32,000 bases of DNA from a virus. The DNA lies in the IMG/VR virus record IMGVR_UViG_3300045988_148646, positions 1 to 32,000 of that record, one strand, 5' to 3'. Below are positions 24,727-31,624 of this stretch, one piece after another. The notes under the pieces were generated by a model, which was not told where the DNA came from, did no database searches, and was given only the letters and a program-made list of their open reading frames with translations. The translations under genes and the position numbers were made by a program. Position 1 is the first letter of the stretch; each line of letters starts with the position of its first letter.

Positions 24727-24918
24727 ATTGTAAGAAAAAAAAGCGGTTTGTTTGATCAATCCAAGTATATACAAGACTACCAAAAGCAAACATATAAACG
24801 TTATATTTTTCAAGTAAGAAAAGATAATACAGATCTTATAAATTGGCTTGAGTCAAAGCCAAACAAACAACGTTATATACTTGATCTAATTGAAACAGAC
24901 ATGAGCAAAAACAAATAA
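24727..24918 (+). CDS. Small ribbon-helix-helix (Arc/CopG-like) DNA-binding protein, apparent ATT start
   Basis: Hand translation gives (I/M)VRKKSGLFDQSKYIQDYQKQTYKRYIFQVRKDNTDLINWLESKPNKQRYILDLIETDMSKNK. GGAGGT (24715-24720) lies 6 nt upstream of ATT 24727. The frame opens at 24703 and has no ATG, GTG or TTG before codon 59. The beta-alpha-alpha pattern is typical of plasmid and phage RHH proteins. Confidence 0.5.
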   Translation: MVRKKSGLFDQSKYIQDYQKQTYKRYIFQVRKDNTDLINWLESKPNKQRYILDLIETDMSKNK

Positions 24919-25052
24919 AAACGTGAACCCCTAGCACGTCGCCAAACTTGAAAGGGATTCACACAACGGCAATTATACACAATATTCAGGAGGTTAAGCC
25001 CGTCTTGTATATATTGCTTTTCTATTCTACCATAGACGGGTTAAAAAAGAAA

Positions 25053-25535
25053 ATGAAAGAACAAAAATACTATTATGGAAATGCTATAAGTGAATACGGT
25101 TTAGAAAATGGACGTGTTGACTATGGAACTCTAGCAAAGGCTTTTGATGCCGTATTAAATAACGATATTATGAACCTAACTTATGATATTGGATGTTGGG
25201 AGCAAGTGAGCGGTATCATTGACAACACGGACGAGATAGAAGAGCTAGAAGAAAAAAGAGACGAGCTAGAAGAAGAAAACGAAAATAACCCATCACAAAT
25301 TATTGAAAATGAAATAAATGAAATAAATGAACAAATAGAAGAACTTGAAAACGAGCAAGACGAGAACAACGAAGTCTTTCAATGGTTTATTGTGGATGAT
25401 TGGGGCGCTAGATTATTACAAGATATCGATGAAGTTGTTTACTACAATGAAAAACTTGATATGTATTTATGGGGCGTTACGCACTACGGTACTTCTTGGG
25501 ACTATGTTCTAACAAGCGTTAAAATTGATTGGTAG
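25053..25535 (+). CDS. Highly acidic protein with a central Glu/Asn-rich helical insert (unknown; DNA-mimic candidate)
   Basis: 160 aa from ATG 25053 (MKEQKYYYG). An alternative in-frame TTG at 25005 lies 11 nt after AGGAGG (24988-24993). The central tract is DEIEELEEKRDELEEENENNPSQIIENEINEINEQIEELENEQDENNE. Confidence 0.65.
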   Translation: MKEQKYYYGNAISEYGLENGRVDYGTLAKAFDAVLNNDIMNLTYDIGCWEQVSGIIDNTDEIEELEEKRDELEEENENNPSQIIENEINEINEQIEELENEQDENNEVFQWFIVDDWGARLLQDIDEVVYYNEKLDMYLWGVTHYGTSWDYVLTSVKIDW

Positions 25536-25548
25536 GTGTAATACACCA

Positions 25549-25698
25549 ATGTTAACACGCAAAGATCTTGACAAGATGAGCGCCTTCCAGGTGCTCATAC
25601 TTGCTTTATTGAAGTTTTACTTTTATATATGTTTTGACTTGCTTATCATGGGCTTAATATTATGTTTTTCTTGTATTATATTGCCACTTATTTATTAA
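25549..25698 (+). CDS. 49-aa hydrophobic peptide (not in the ORF track)
   Basis: Hand translation gives MLTRKDLDKMSAFQVLILALLKFYFYICFDLLIMGLILCFSCIILPLIY. A TAGGTG SD lies 10 nt upstream, and the ORF exactly fills the gap between two genes. Confidence 0.4.
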   Translation: MLTRKDLDKMSAFQVLILALLKFYFYICFDLLIMGLILCFSCIILPLIY

Positions 25699-25716
25699 AT
25701 ATTGGAGGTTTTAAAA

Positions 25717-25947
25717 ATGAATAACAAAGAATATATTGAGTTTACAGAAAAAAAGCTAGATCAACTAAATGTTTCTAGCTGTAAACCTTTTTCAATCAAT
25801 AAACATTTAAACGGCTTATATAATTTATATTATGGGCTTGACGTTGTGGCCTGGATGTTAAAACCGCGTGAACTCTGGCAGCTTGTAAATACTTTATGTA
25901 TTTTGGATATTTTAGGAGGTCTTAAAAATGACAATATGGAAGCGTGA
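25717..25947 (+). CDS. Hypothetical protein
   Basis: 76 aa from ATG 25717, with a GGAGG SD 8 nt upstream. It overlaps the next gene by 20 nt. Confidence 0.65.
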   Translation: MNNKEYIEFTEKKLDQLNVSSCKPFSINKHLNGLYNLYYGLDVVAWMLKPRELWQLVNTLCILDILGGLKNDNMEA

Positions 25948-26521
25948 GCGTGCTCACTTTAATTACTACATCACAAATGAAAGAAAACAACCACACATAT
26001 TTGTTGAAGCGTTAGGAACTCCCAGCGCTTCAACTGAAAAAATTTTAAAAGATCACGGTTTTAAGTTTGATCATAATAAATGCATGTATGTAGCAGCTCA
26101 AACAAATGACTTGAGGTTGTTCGTTGCTCATGATCTGGATAAAGTTTTTAACTATGATATTCAGTTGTTTTATAATACAGAAGCAAAAAAAGAACTTTGC
26201 GCGCCTGATATTCAGGAAATAAAAGATATTTGTTATTATTTTAAAATTTACAAGTGTTATATAGATATATTAAATAAGGATCTTTTTAAGATATGTAAAC
26301 CAGGATCAAAAAGCTTGCTTTTTACTTATAACACTAACTATAAAACTATAGACGTTTTTAATAGAAATAAGTTGCAAGAAAGTTATGTTTACCATGATGG
26401 TAAAATAGAAAAAATGAGCATCGAAAATAATGCACCAAAAAAGAAAAAGAAAGCAGCACCAGCACTTACAGAACAACAAAAGATCAATAAAATGATGGAA
26501 GATTTTGAATTTCCATTTTAG
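25928..26521 (+). CDS. Hypothetical protein with a Lys-rich C-terminal tail
   Basis: 197 aa with an AGGAGGT SD. I recognise no motif. Confidence 0.7.
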   Translation: MTIWKRERAHFNYYITNERKQPHIFVEALGTPSASTEKILKDHGFKFDHNKCMYVAAQTNDLRLFVAHDLDKVFNYDIQLFYNTEAKKELCAPDIQEIKDICYYFKIYKCYIDILNKDLFKICKPGSKSLLFTYNTNYKTIDVFNRNKLQESYVYHDGKIEKMSIENNAPKKKKKAAPALTEQQKINKMMEDFEFPF

Positions 26522-26535
26522 GAGGTAAAAAAAAT

Positions 26536-27111
26536 ATGGGATACATTGGTAATAAAATGAGCGTGCGCGCTTATGAAGCTTATGAAAGTGGTGAAAAGCC
26601 ACTTTCAAAATGGACTAAAACAGCAATCATTAATACAGTATTAGATTATAGAGATGATTTTAAATATGATGAGTTGAAAAAGTATAGTAAGGATGCTTTA
26701 AAAGCTTTCCTAACATATTCAAGCTGGCATCATACGGGATCATACTTTAATGAAACATTTTTCTATAGTTTGGATGAAAGTTTTATAGAAAACGAAAAAA
26801 ATCATATCATAAACGTTTTAGAAGAAAAAACGCAAGAGTTAAAAAAAGAAAAAGAAGAAAAAAGATTAAAAAAATGTGATGAAAAACTAGAAAAATGTTA
26901 TTTTATGTATACAGAATTTGAAGGAACTCGAAAACATCCAAAAGCTGTTGAACGTGAAGCTTATGGAATTATAAAAGGAAATTGGATCTATATGGAATCA
27001 GGAAAAAAATCATTGAATGGTAAATACATTTATAAAGTAAAAAAGTTTGATCGTGCGCCACGCGGAACGGCTCAAATCTTTAAAAATATCGAAAAAAGAA
27101 TTAAAAAATAG
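26536..27111 (+). CDS. Hypothetical protein with the N-terminal motif SVRAYEAYESGEKPLSKWTK
   Basis: 191 aa with an AGGAGGT SD 9 nt upstream. From memory, the N-terminal motif recurs in Firmicute mobile-element proteins of unknown function. This was not verified. Confidence 0.7.
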   Translation: MGYIGNKMSVRAYEAYESGEKPLSKWTKTAIINTVLDYRDDFKYDELKKYSKDALKAFLTYSSWHHTGSYFNETFFYSLDESFIENEKNHIINVLEEKTQELKKEKEEKRLKKCDEKLEKCYFMYTEFEGTRKHPKAVEREAYGIIKGNWIYMESGKKSLNGKYIYKVKKFDRAPRGTAQIFKNIEKRIKK

Positions 27112-27137
27112 CAGCTTATAAAAAGGCTGCTTTTTTT
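27110..27137. terminator. Bidirectional rho-independent terminator between convergent genes
   Basis: Stem AGCAGCTT/AAGGCTGCT (27110-27131) is flanked by an A-run upstream and T7 downstream, so there is a U-tract on both strands. Stop codons of both convergent genes abut it. Confidence 0.8.
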
Positions 27138-27693
27138 ATGCTCTCGTTCTTTTTATTTGCTTCTGGATCAGCTTTTTTTTGACTGGATTCGATGCGAAAA
27201 AGTTCATGAAAAGTTTAGTTTTAAACTCATATTCTTTTTGATCAATTTCCTTTATATCCAAAACCCTTTTAAATATCACTATCGCGATAAAGTTCGCAAA
27301 CAAGTTTGCATCTTTTTCTATTTCCTGGTTCTCATAATTTTCATTTTGAGAATCTTTATAACTTTCAAGTTCCTTTTTCCATATAGATACACTTCTTTCA
27401 TCCATAGAAAATACTTTTTGATTCTTCTTATATACACATGAATATTGATATAAATGTCTTATTTCATGTGCAAGATATATATAAACTAAACTACTATCTA
27501 TGGATGTATTCAGGTTTACACAAATCACATTTTCAATTGGATAGGATGTGCATATACTGCTATCTTTCACTTGAAAAAGTTCTTTATTGACTGGTTTCTT
27601 ATTAAGATCATAAACTTTATCATTTGCTTTAAAGTAAACTTTTGGAATCTTTATATTTAATAATGTGCATAGAAAACTTATATAATCATTCAT
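27136..27693 (-). CDS. Putative zinc metallopeptidase, ImmA/IrrE-like (HExxH ... ExxDANxFA)
   Basis: 185 aa with LAHEIRH and, downstream, QEIEKDANLFANFIA, which resembles the COG2856 signature E..EAN.FA. No adjacent Xre-type HTH gene is present. Confidence 0.5.
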   Translation of the reverse strand: MNDYISFLCTLLNIKIPKVYFKANDKVYDLNKKPVNKELFQVKDSSICTSYPIENVICVNLNTSIDSSLVYIYLAHEIRHLYQYSCVYKKNQKVFSMDERSVSIWKKELESYKDSQNENYENQEIEKDANLFANFIAIVIFKRVLDIKEIDQKEYEFKTKLFMNFFASNPVKKKLIQKQIKRTRA

Positions 27694-28348
27694 ACATCCA
27701 TTATATCTGAAAAACTTTATTTTGAAAAACTTATTTATCCAGGATCAGAAAAACTTTTTCAAGTTGTTTTTGAGACGTTGGAAAAAACTTTTGAGATCCT
27801 TTTTCGTGTTTGCATAGAATCGAACCGTCAAAAAACTTTTCCAGCAGCTGAGAAAACTTTTCTTTCTTCACATAATAAACATAATTCACAGACACATCTT
27901 CATCATCATGCGAATTGTATTCAAAAACTTTTTCAACCAGATTAGAACAAATCACACCAATTTGTACATTATCATACTTTACAAAAACTTCTTTATAAGA
28001 AAACTTATTTTCATCCATTTCATCACTCCTAAAAACTTTTACATGTCACTCAATATTCTTAAAAACCTTTTATATTCTTCTTCTGATTTTAGATAAAACT
28101 TATTACATCCATTCTTTATATCTTCATAATTAAAGCACTCAATTTCATCATCTAAAAACTTTCTATATAAACTTTTGAATTGCGATTCACAAATATATTT
28201 CTTATGAATTCTTAATCCTTGTTCATCTTCATACTTGATAAAAGTTTCGCCTGACTTATAAACACATACAATATGATCTTCCCATTGTACAAAAAAACCA
28301 TCTGTATTATGAATCAGAAAAAACTTTTTCGCTTCTGTTAAAAACTTT
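27673..28348 (+). repeat. Dispersed same-orientation array of AAAACTT (mostly AAAAACTTT) motifs
   Basis: I counted 15 exact AAAACTT copies, starting at about 27673, 27711, 27726, 27750, 27784, 27832, 27853, 27924, 27984, 28000, 28032, 28095, 28155, 28320 and 28341. There are 2 near copies and one more at 28743-28751. All are on the plus strand. Confidence 0.8.
27731..28018 (-). CDS. Hypothetical small protein
   Basis: 95 aa, with recurring KF/KVF/KFF dipeptides encoded by the DNA motif. Confidence 0.6.
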   Translation of the reverse strand: MDENKFSYKEVFVKYDNVQIGVICSNLVEKVFEYNSHDDEDVSVNYVYYVKKEKFSQLLEKFFDGSILCKHEKGSQKFFPTSQKQLEKVFLILDK

Positions 28349-28377
28349 ACCACACTATCACTCCTATTTATCTGCAA
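28039..28377 (-). CDS. Hypothetical small protein
   Basis: 112 aa with the same KF-rich feature. Confidence 0.6.
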   Translation of the reverse strand: MQINRSDSVVKFLTEAKKFFLIHNTDGFFVQWEDHIVCVYKSGETFIKYEDEQGLRIHKKYICESQFKSLYRKFLDDEIECFNYEDIKNGCNKFYLKSEEEYKRFLRILSDM

Positions 28378-28639
28378 TCGTTTCTATATAACAATTATAA
28401 TAAATGTATCTTTTTCCATCATAATCAAATTTCACATATCCACCATCATTTGTTTCAATGTCAATTCTTCCCTCATAGCTTGCTAAAACTTTTCCATCTG
28501 CTGTATACACATTGATTTTTCTATCCAATCCACCATTCAAATCTGATTTTACATCAGTACCCCAACGATCCACAGAAGCACATCCAAATAAAGAAATGCC
28601 AATCATTCCAACCATTAATAATTTGTATAATTTATTCAT
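28364..28639 (-). CDS. Small lipoprotein (beta-rich), paralog 1
   Basis: 91 aa with a signal peptide and lipobox (ISLFGC). It shares the motif YEGRIDIETNDGGYVKFDYDGKRYIYY with the next lipoprotein. Confidence 0.7.
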   Translation of the reverse strand: MNKLYKLLMVGMIGISLFGCASVDRWGTDVKSDLNGGLDRKINVYTADGKVLASYEGRIDIETNDGGYVKFDYDGKRYIYYNCYIETIADK

Positions 28640-28780
28640 TTTATTTCCTTCTTTCTATGTCCGATAACTATATATTATCAGACTAACTACAAACCTTTTA
28701 AAAGCCTAGTAAATAGGCTGCTTTGTAACACTTTTCTAAAATAAAAACTTTATGAATTTTTGAGCCATGCTATAATGTGC

Positions 28781-29182
28781 TTATTTATTTGTATCTTCTA
28801 CATTAATCAAGCCATGTTCAATCGTTTCTTTAGCAGGAAAGAATGTTATTTTATATCCATACGGATTTTCTTTTACCGAATCGGTCTGAATACTTGTATA
28901 TGTTACATCTTTTGATAAATGTGCATAAAACAATTTATATTTATCTTTTCCAGTTTTAATCGTTACATTCAAATCGCCATCACTATCTGTTTCAATAGAT
29001 ATTTTTCCTTCAACAGAAAACAACGGTTCATTTGTTCTAGTATTTAATGCCACAACCTTTCTCGATATTTTAAAGTTGTTTGCATCCACTCTTAAATTAT
29101 GATTAGCTGTATCTGATTCTTGGCATCCTACCAAACCTAGACACATTGTCATTCCTAAAATTGCACATAATATTTTTTTCAT
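28781..29182 (-). CDS. Small lipoprotein (beta-rich), paralog 2
   Basis: 133 aa with lipobox LGLVGC and the motif VEGKISIETDSDGDLNVTIKTGKDKYKLFY. Confidence 0.7.
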   Translation of the reverse strand: MKKILCAILGMTMCLGLVGCQESDTANHNLRVDANNFKISRKVVALNTRTNEPLFSVEGKISIETDSDGDLNVTIKTGKDKYKLFYAHLSKDVTYTSIQTDSVKENPYGYKITFFPAKETIEHGLINVEDTNK

Positions 29183-29646
29183 TTGTTCAAATCTCCCATA
29201 ACAAGCTTTTTAAGCTCTTTTTTCATTGCATAATACATTTTCATTCTGCTACAGAACTTTTCTCCTGAAAGCTTCTCAAATGGCTCTCCATTGATATAAT
29301 GACGTTTCATGTATAAACGAACATCATCATTTGGAATAAGATCAATAATTGTTTCAACCTCTCTCAGCTTTCCTAAAATGATATTCTTATCATCTTCAAG
29401 TACTTTTTCTTTTGAAATAAACTTTACAAGAACATCATTTGTAATATCCTTATTTTTCTTTGAATCCAGTCTCTGCTCAAATGATGGAGATTTCGGATCT
29501 GAAAATTCTTTTTTGCGAACCTCCAAATCCTTCAAGATTCCATCCAACGATTTAAACTTTCTTTCATAGATCTTGAACATTTCAAGCTTTTTAATTAATG
29601 CATCCACCTGAACATCTACATATTCTTCATAATCCGTCTTGCTCAT
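29179..29646 (-). CDS. Sigma-region-4-like phage transcription regulator (ArpU/RinA/DUF1492-like class), candidate late activator
   Basis: 155 aa. The C-terminus IPNDDVRLYMKRHYINGEPFEKLSGEKFCSRMKMYYAMKKELKKL fits the (ER.IL..RYI.G..WE.IA..L..S.R.V.R....AL) pattern of such regulators. Confidence 0.5.
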   Translation of the reverse strand: MSKTDYEEYVDVQVDALIKKLEMFKIYERKFKSLDGILKDLEVRKKEFSDPKSPSFEQRLDSKKNKDITNDVLVKFISKEKVLEDDKNIILGKLREVETIIDLIPNDDVRLYMKRHYINGEPFEKLSGEKFCSRMKMYYAMKKELKKLVMGDLNK

Positions 29647-29654
29647 CTTATCTC

Positions 29655-29801
29655 CTATGCAATCTCTTCAATTTCCTCAATGCTGCATGATGGAAATTTC
29701 ATATAAAACTTGTACATTGCCATACTTTTCGATTCCTCCTGAACTACCATCACACAAATATTATTATCTTTGATATATTTAATTCTGTATTTCTTTAACA
29801 T
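29655..29801 (-). CDS. Possible 48-aa ORF (not in the track)
   Basis: Hand translation gives MLKKYRIKYIKDNNICVMVVQEESKSMAMYKFYMKFPSCSIEEIEEIA. It fills an otherwise empty 185-bp gap but has a weak SD. Confidence 0.3.
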   Translation of the reverse strand: MLKKYRIKYIKDNNICVMVVQEESKSMAMYKFYMKFPSCSIEEIEEIA

Positions 29802-29831
29802 CTTTATATTCTAACCTTTCCAATCGCTTAA

Positions 29832-30014
29832 TTATTTTGTTTCATCAAAATCATCATACAAGTATTCTTTATTCACCTTATTTTTTAAATCCATAATTTC
29901 CAGCCTTTGTGCTGCAATCATATTCTCTAAACTTGTAATCCGCGAGACCATTGCACAACTACATACAATCAATCCACATATAGCACCTAACATTAATCCT
30001 ATTGTAAACCACAT
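29832..30014 (-). CDS. Small membrane protein with a C-terminal coiled coil
   Basis: I prefer ATG 30014 (MWFTIGLMLGAICGLIVCSCAM...) over the track's GTG at 30026. Confidence 0.55.
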   Translation of the reverse strand: MWFTIGLMLGAICGLIVCSCAMVSRITSLENMIAAQRLEIMDLKNKVNKEYLYDDFDETK

Positions 30015-30015
30015 A

Positions 30016-30162
30016 TTAAAAACCACTCTCCAACGGATTACCTGATGGTGCGTTCAATCCATATAATGTTGCATATGCAATAACTGCATATACAACATAA
30101 AGTACTGTACAAGGAATAATAAGATCCAGGTTCTTAATAATTGATTTTTTAATTTTATTCAT
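30016..30162 (-). CDS. Possible ~46-aa membrane peptide (not in the track)
   Basis: Hand translation gives MNKIKKSIIKNLDLIIPCTVLYVVYAVIAYATLYGLNAPSGNPLESGF. Its stop lies one nt before the next ATG (TAAtATG), and its start overlaps the upstream gene's end. Confidence 0.35.
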   Translation of the reverse strand: MNKIKKSIIKNLDLIIPCTVLYVVYAVIAYATLYGLNAPSGNPLESGF

Positions 30163-30451
30163 CATCATTTAAATAATCAAACTCTTTCATTAACTCATCC
30201 TTTGTTCGTTCAAATTCTGATTCGATTTGTTTCTGTACATCAATCTTTCTTTGTTTGAACCATTTCTTTTTAAATTCAGTAACTGCCCTTCGATAAGTAT
30301 CTTCTCCAGTGTCACTGCTCTTCCACCACTCTAAATCGTGTAGCACTTTAACTAAATCTTTCATCATTTCATCAAGTTGTCTATCGAACATTCTTCCAAC
30401 ACATTCATTTTCAACTTTGCAATACACATAGCTGTAACTTCCACCGCTCAT
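30155..30451 (-). CDS. Hypothetical early protein
   Basis: 98 aa with a GGAGA SD. I recognise no motif. Confidence 0.65.
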   Translation of the reverse strand: MSGGSYSYVYCKVENECVGRMFDRQLDEMMKDLVKVLHDLEWWKSSDTGEDTYRRAVTEFKKKWFKQRKIDVQKQIESEFERTKDELMKEFDYLNDDE

Positions 30452-30466
30452 TAGTTAATCTCCTTT

Positions 30467-30886
30467 TCAATCTATAATCTTTCTTCCGCAATTTGAACAG
30501 TATTTTGGTCTGTAACCATAATAAAATTCTTCTCTATTATCTTCGTCGATTTTAAATTCTGTATGGTCTACTGATATGAATCCACAATTAGAACATTTAA
30601 ATACATCCCTTGAATCATATTCTGATTCGTTGGTGCAAGTTTCTTCTTCTAACCATCCGAGTTCTATGCATTGTTGGATAATCGCCATTTTTAACTCATT
30701 TGCAGTTAAACTTTTTGTTGCATTTGCCATTCCACATTCCGTATACGAATATAAAATTTTATCTTTTAAATTAAATTGAATTATGTGACGCATAATTCTT
30801 CCTTTTCCATAGAAAATACAATCGCCAAAAGCACGTTTTGTATAACCTAGCTTTTTAAACATTTCTTCAGCAGTCATTAAATCCAT
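30467..30886 (-). CDS. Paralog-family module (MDLMTAxEMFxKLGY...ELGW) fused to a C-terminal CxxC...CxxC zinc ribbon
   Basis: 139 aa. The N-terminal 80 aa align with three neighbouring genes. The C-terminus has CSNCG...CSNCGRK. Confidence 0.7.
   Translation of the reverse strand: MDLMTAEEMFKKLGYTKRAFGDCIFYGKGRIMRHIIQFNLKDKILYSYTECGMANATKSLTANELKMAIIQQCIELGWLEEETCTNESEYDSRDVFKCSNCGFISVDHTEFKIDEDNREEFYYGYRPKYCSNCGRKIID
30689..30801. repeat. About 110-bp near-identical DNA repeat, copy A (partner at 31888-32000)
   Basis: The offset is 1199 bp, with about 7 mismatches by eye. It lies inside two paralogous genes whose flanks have diverged far more. Confidence 0.8.
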
Positions 30887-31137
30887 CCCAATTCTTCCAC
30901 CTGCTTGTAAATAGCAATTTGCTCTTTAATGCCTAAAATCTCAGTATGACGTTCTCCTTTTGAATCATAATGATTAACTTCATAAGTTTTATTTATTAAA
31001 TCAAAAGTAATGCAGTATACACTTGATTTATATTGCTTCTTGTACGAAACAAATCGATCGTTTAGCGTATTTTCTTGTATATACCCTAATTTTCTGAACA
31101 TCCCTTTAGCAGTTATCTTCATCTTCATTTGCCTCAC
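30877..31137 (-). CDS. Paralog-family protein
   Basis: It contains MKITAKGMFRKLGY...VEELGWI. The start may be 31128 or 31122 rather than 31137. Confidence 0.65.
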   Translation of the reverse strand: MRQMKMKITAKGMFRKLGYIQENTLNDRFVSYKKQYKSSVYCITFDLINKTYEVNHYDSKGERHTEILGIKEQIAIYKQVEELGWI

Positions 31138-31624
31138 AAGCTTCTAAAACATCGTGAATCTTTGTATCGTAACCAACACATTTGAAATATCCTTTATCTT
31201 TTAACTCTATTAATCGCTTAAACTCTGAAAGTTTACAACTTTCATGACAATCACGGTATGTTTGGATTAAATCAAATTCAAACTGACTCAATTTGTATAT
31301 TGGCTTTTTATACTGCCTTGCTAACCATTTAAATCTTTCTGCACCACAATTATTGCCAAACACACATTTGCTACACAACACACGACTACAGTTTTCGATT
31401 TTTCCCTTTGTAAAAGTAAAACGAGTACCTACTTTTAATAAATCCTCAAAATAATGTTCAAGATTCGTTTCTTGTTTTTCTTCAAAATGCTCATTTACTA
31501 ATCCAGATAGAAAATCCAAGTTAGTTTTAAAATTTTCTGTTGCTAGGACTGAATTAACACTTTTAGCGTAAAAAGCATCCTTAATATTTTTAACAGACTT
31601 TTCGTATTCTTCTTTCGTTGTCAT
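31106..31624 (-). CDS. Hypothetical Cys-rich early protein
   Basis: 172 aa with several Cys pairs (CSRVLCSKCVFGNNC). Confidence 0.65.
   Translation of the reverse strand: MTTKEEYEKSVKNIKDAFYAKSVNSVLATENFKTNLDFLSGLVNEHFEEKQETNLEHYFEDLLKVGTRFTFTKGKIENCSRVLCSKCVFGNNCGAERFKWLARQYKKPIYKLSQFEFDLIQTYRDCHESCKLSEFKRLIELKDKGYFKCVGYDTKIHDVLEACEANEDEDNC

Noticed and set aside
24300-24813. Minus-strand ORFs 24300-24521 (73 aa) and 24631-24813 (60 aa).
   Set aside because: They have no SD. The first spans the consensus plus-strand promoter and leader. The second is the antisense shadow of the RHH gene. Both products are implausibly hydrophobic and low-complexity.
25181-27441. Antisense ORFs 25181-25369 (-), 26306-26608 (-) and 27157-27441 (+).
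   Set aside because: They are shadows of confident genes on the opposite strand. Their products are Ser/Phe/Ile low-complexity, and they have no SD.
28765-28775. An extended -10-like TGcTATAAT on the plus strand, pointing antisense into the lipoprotein gene.
   Set aside because: It has no acceptable -35 or downstream feature. Such hexamers arise by chance in DNA this AT-rich.
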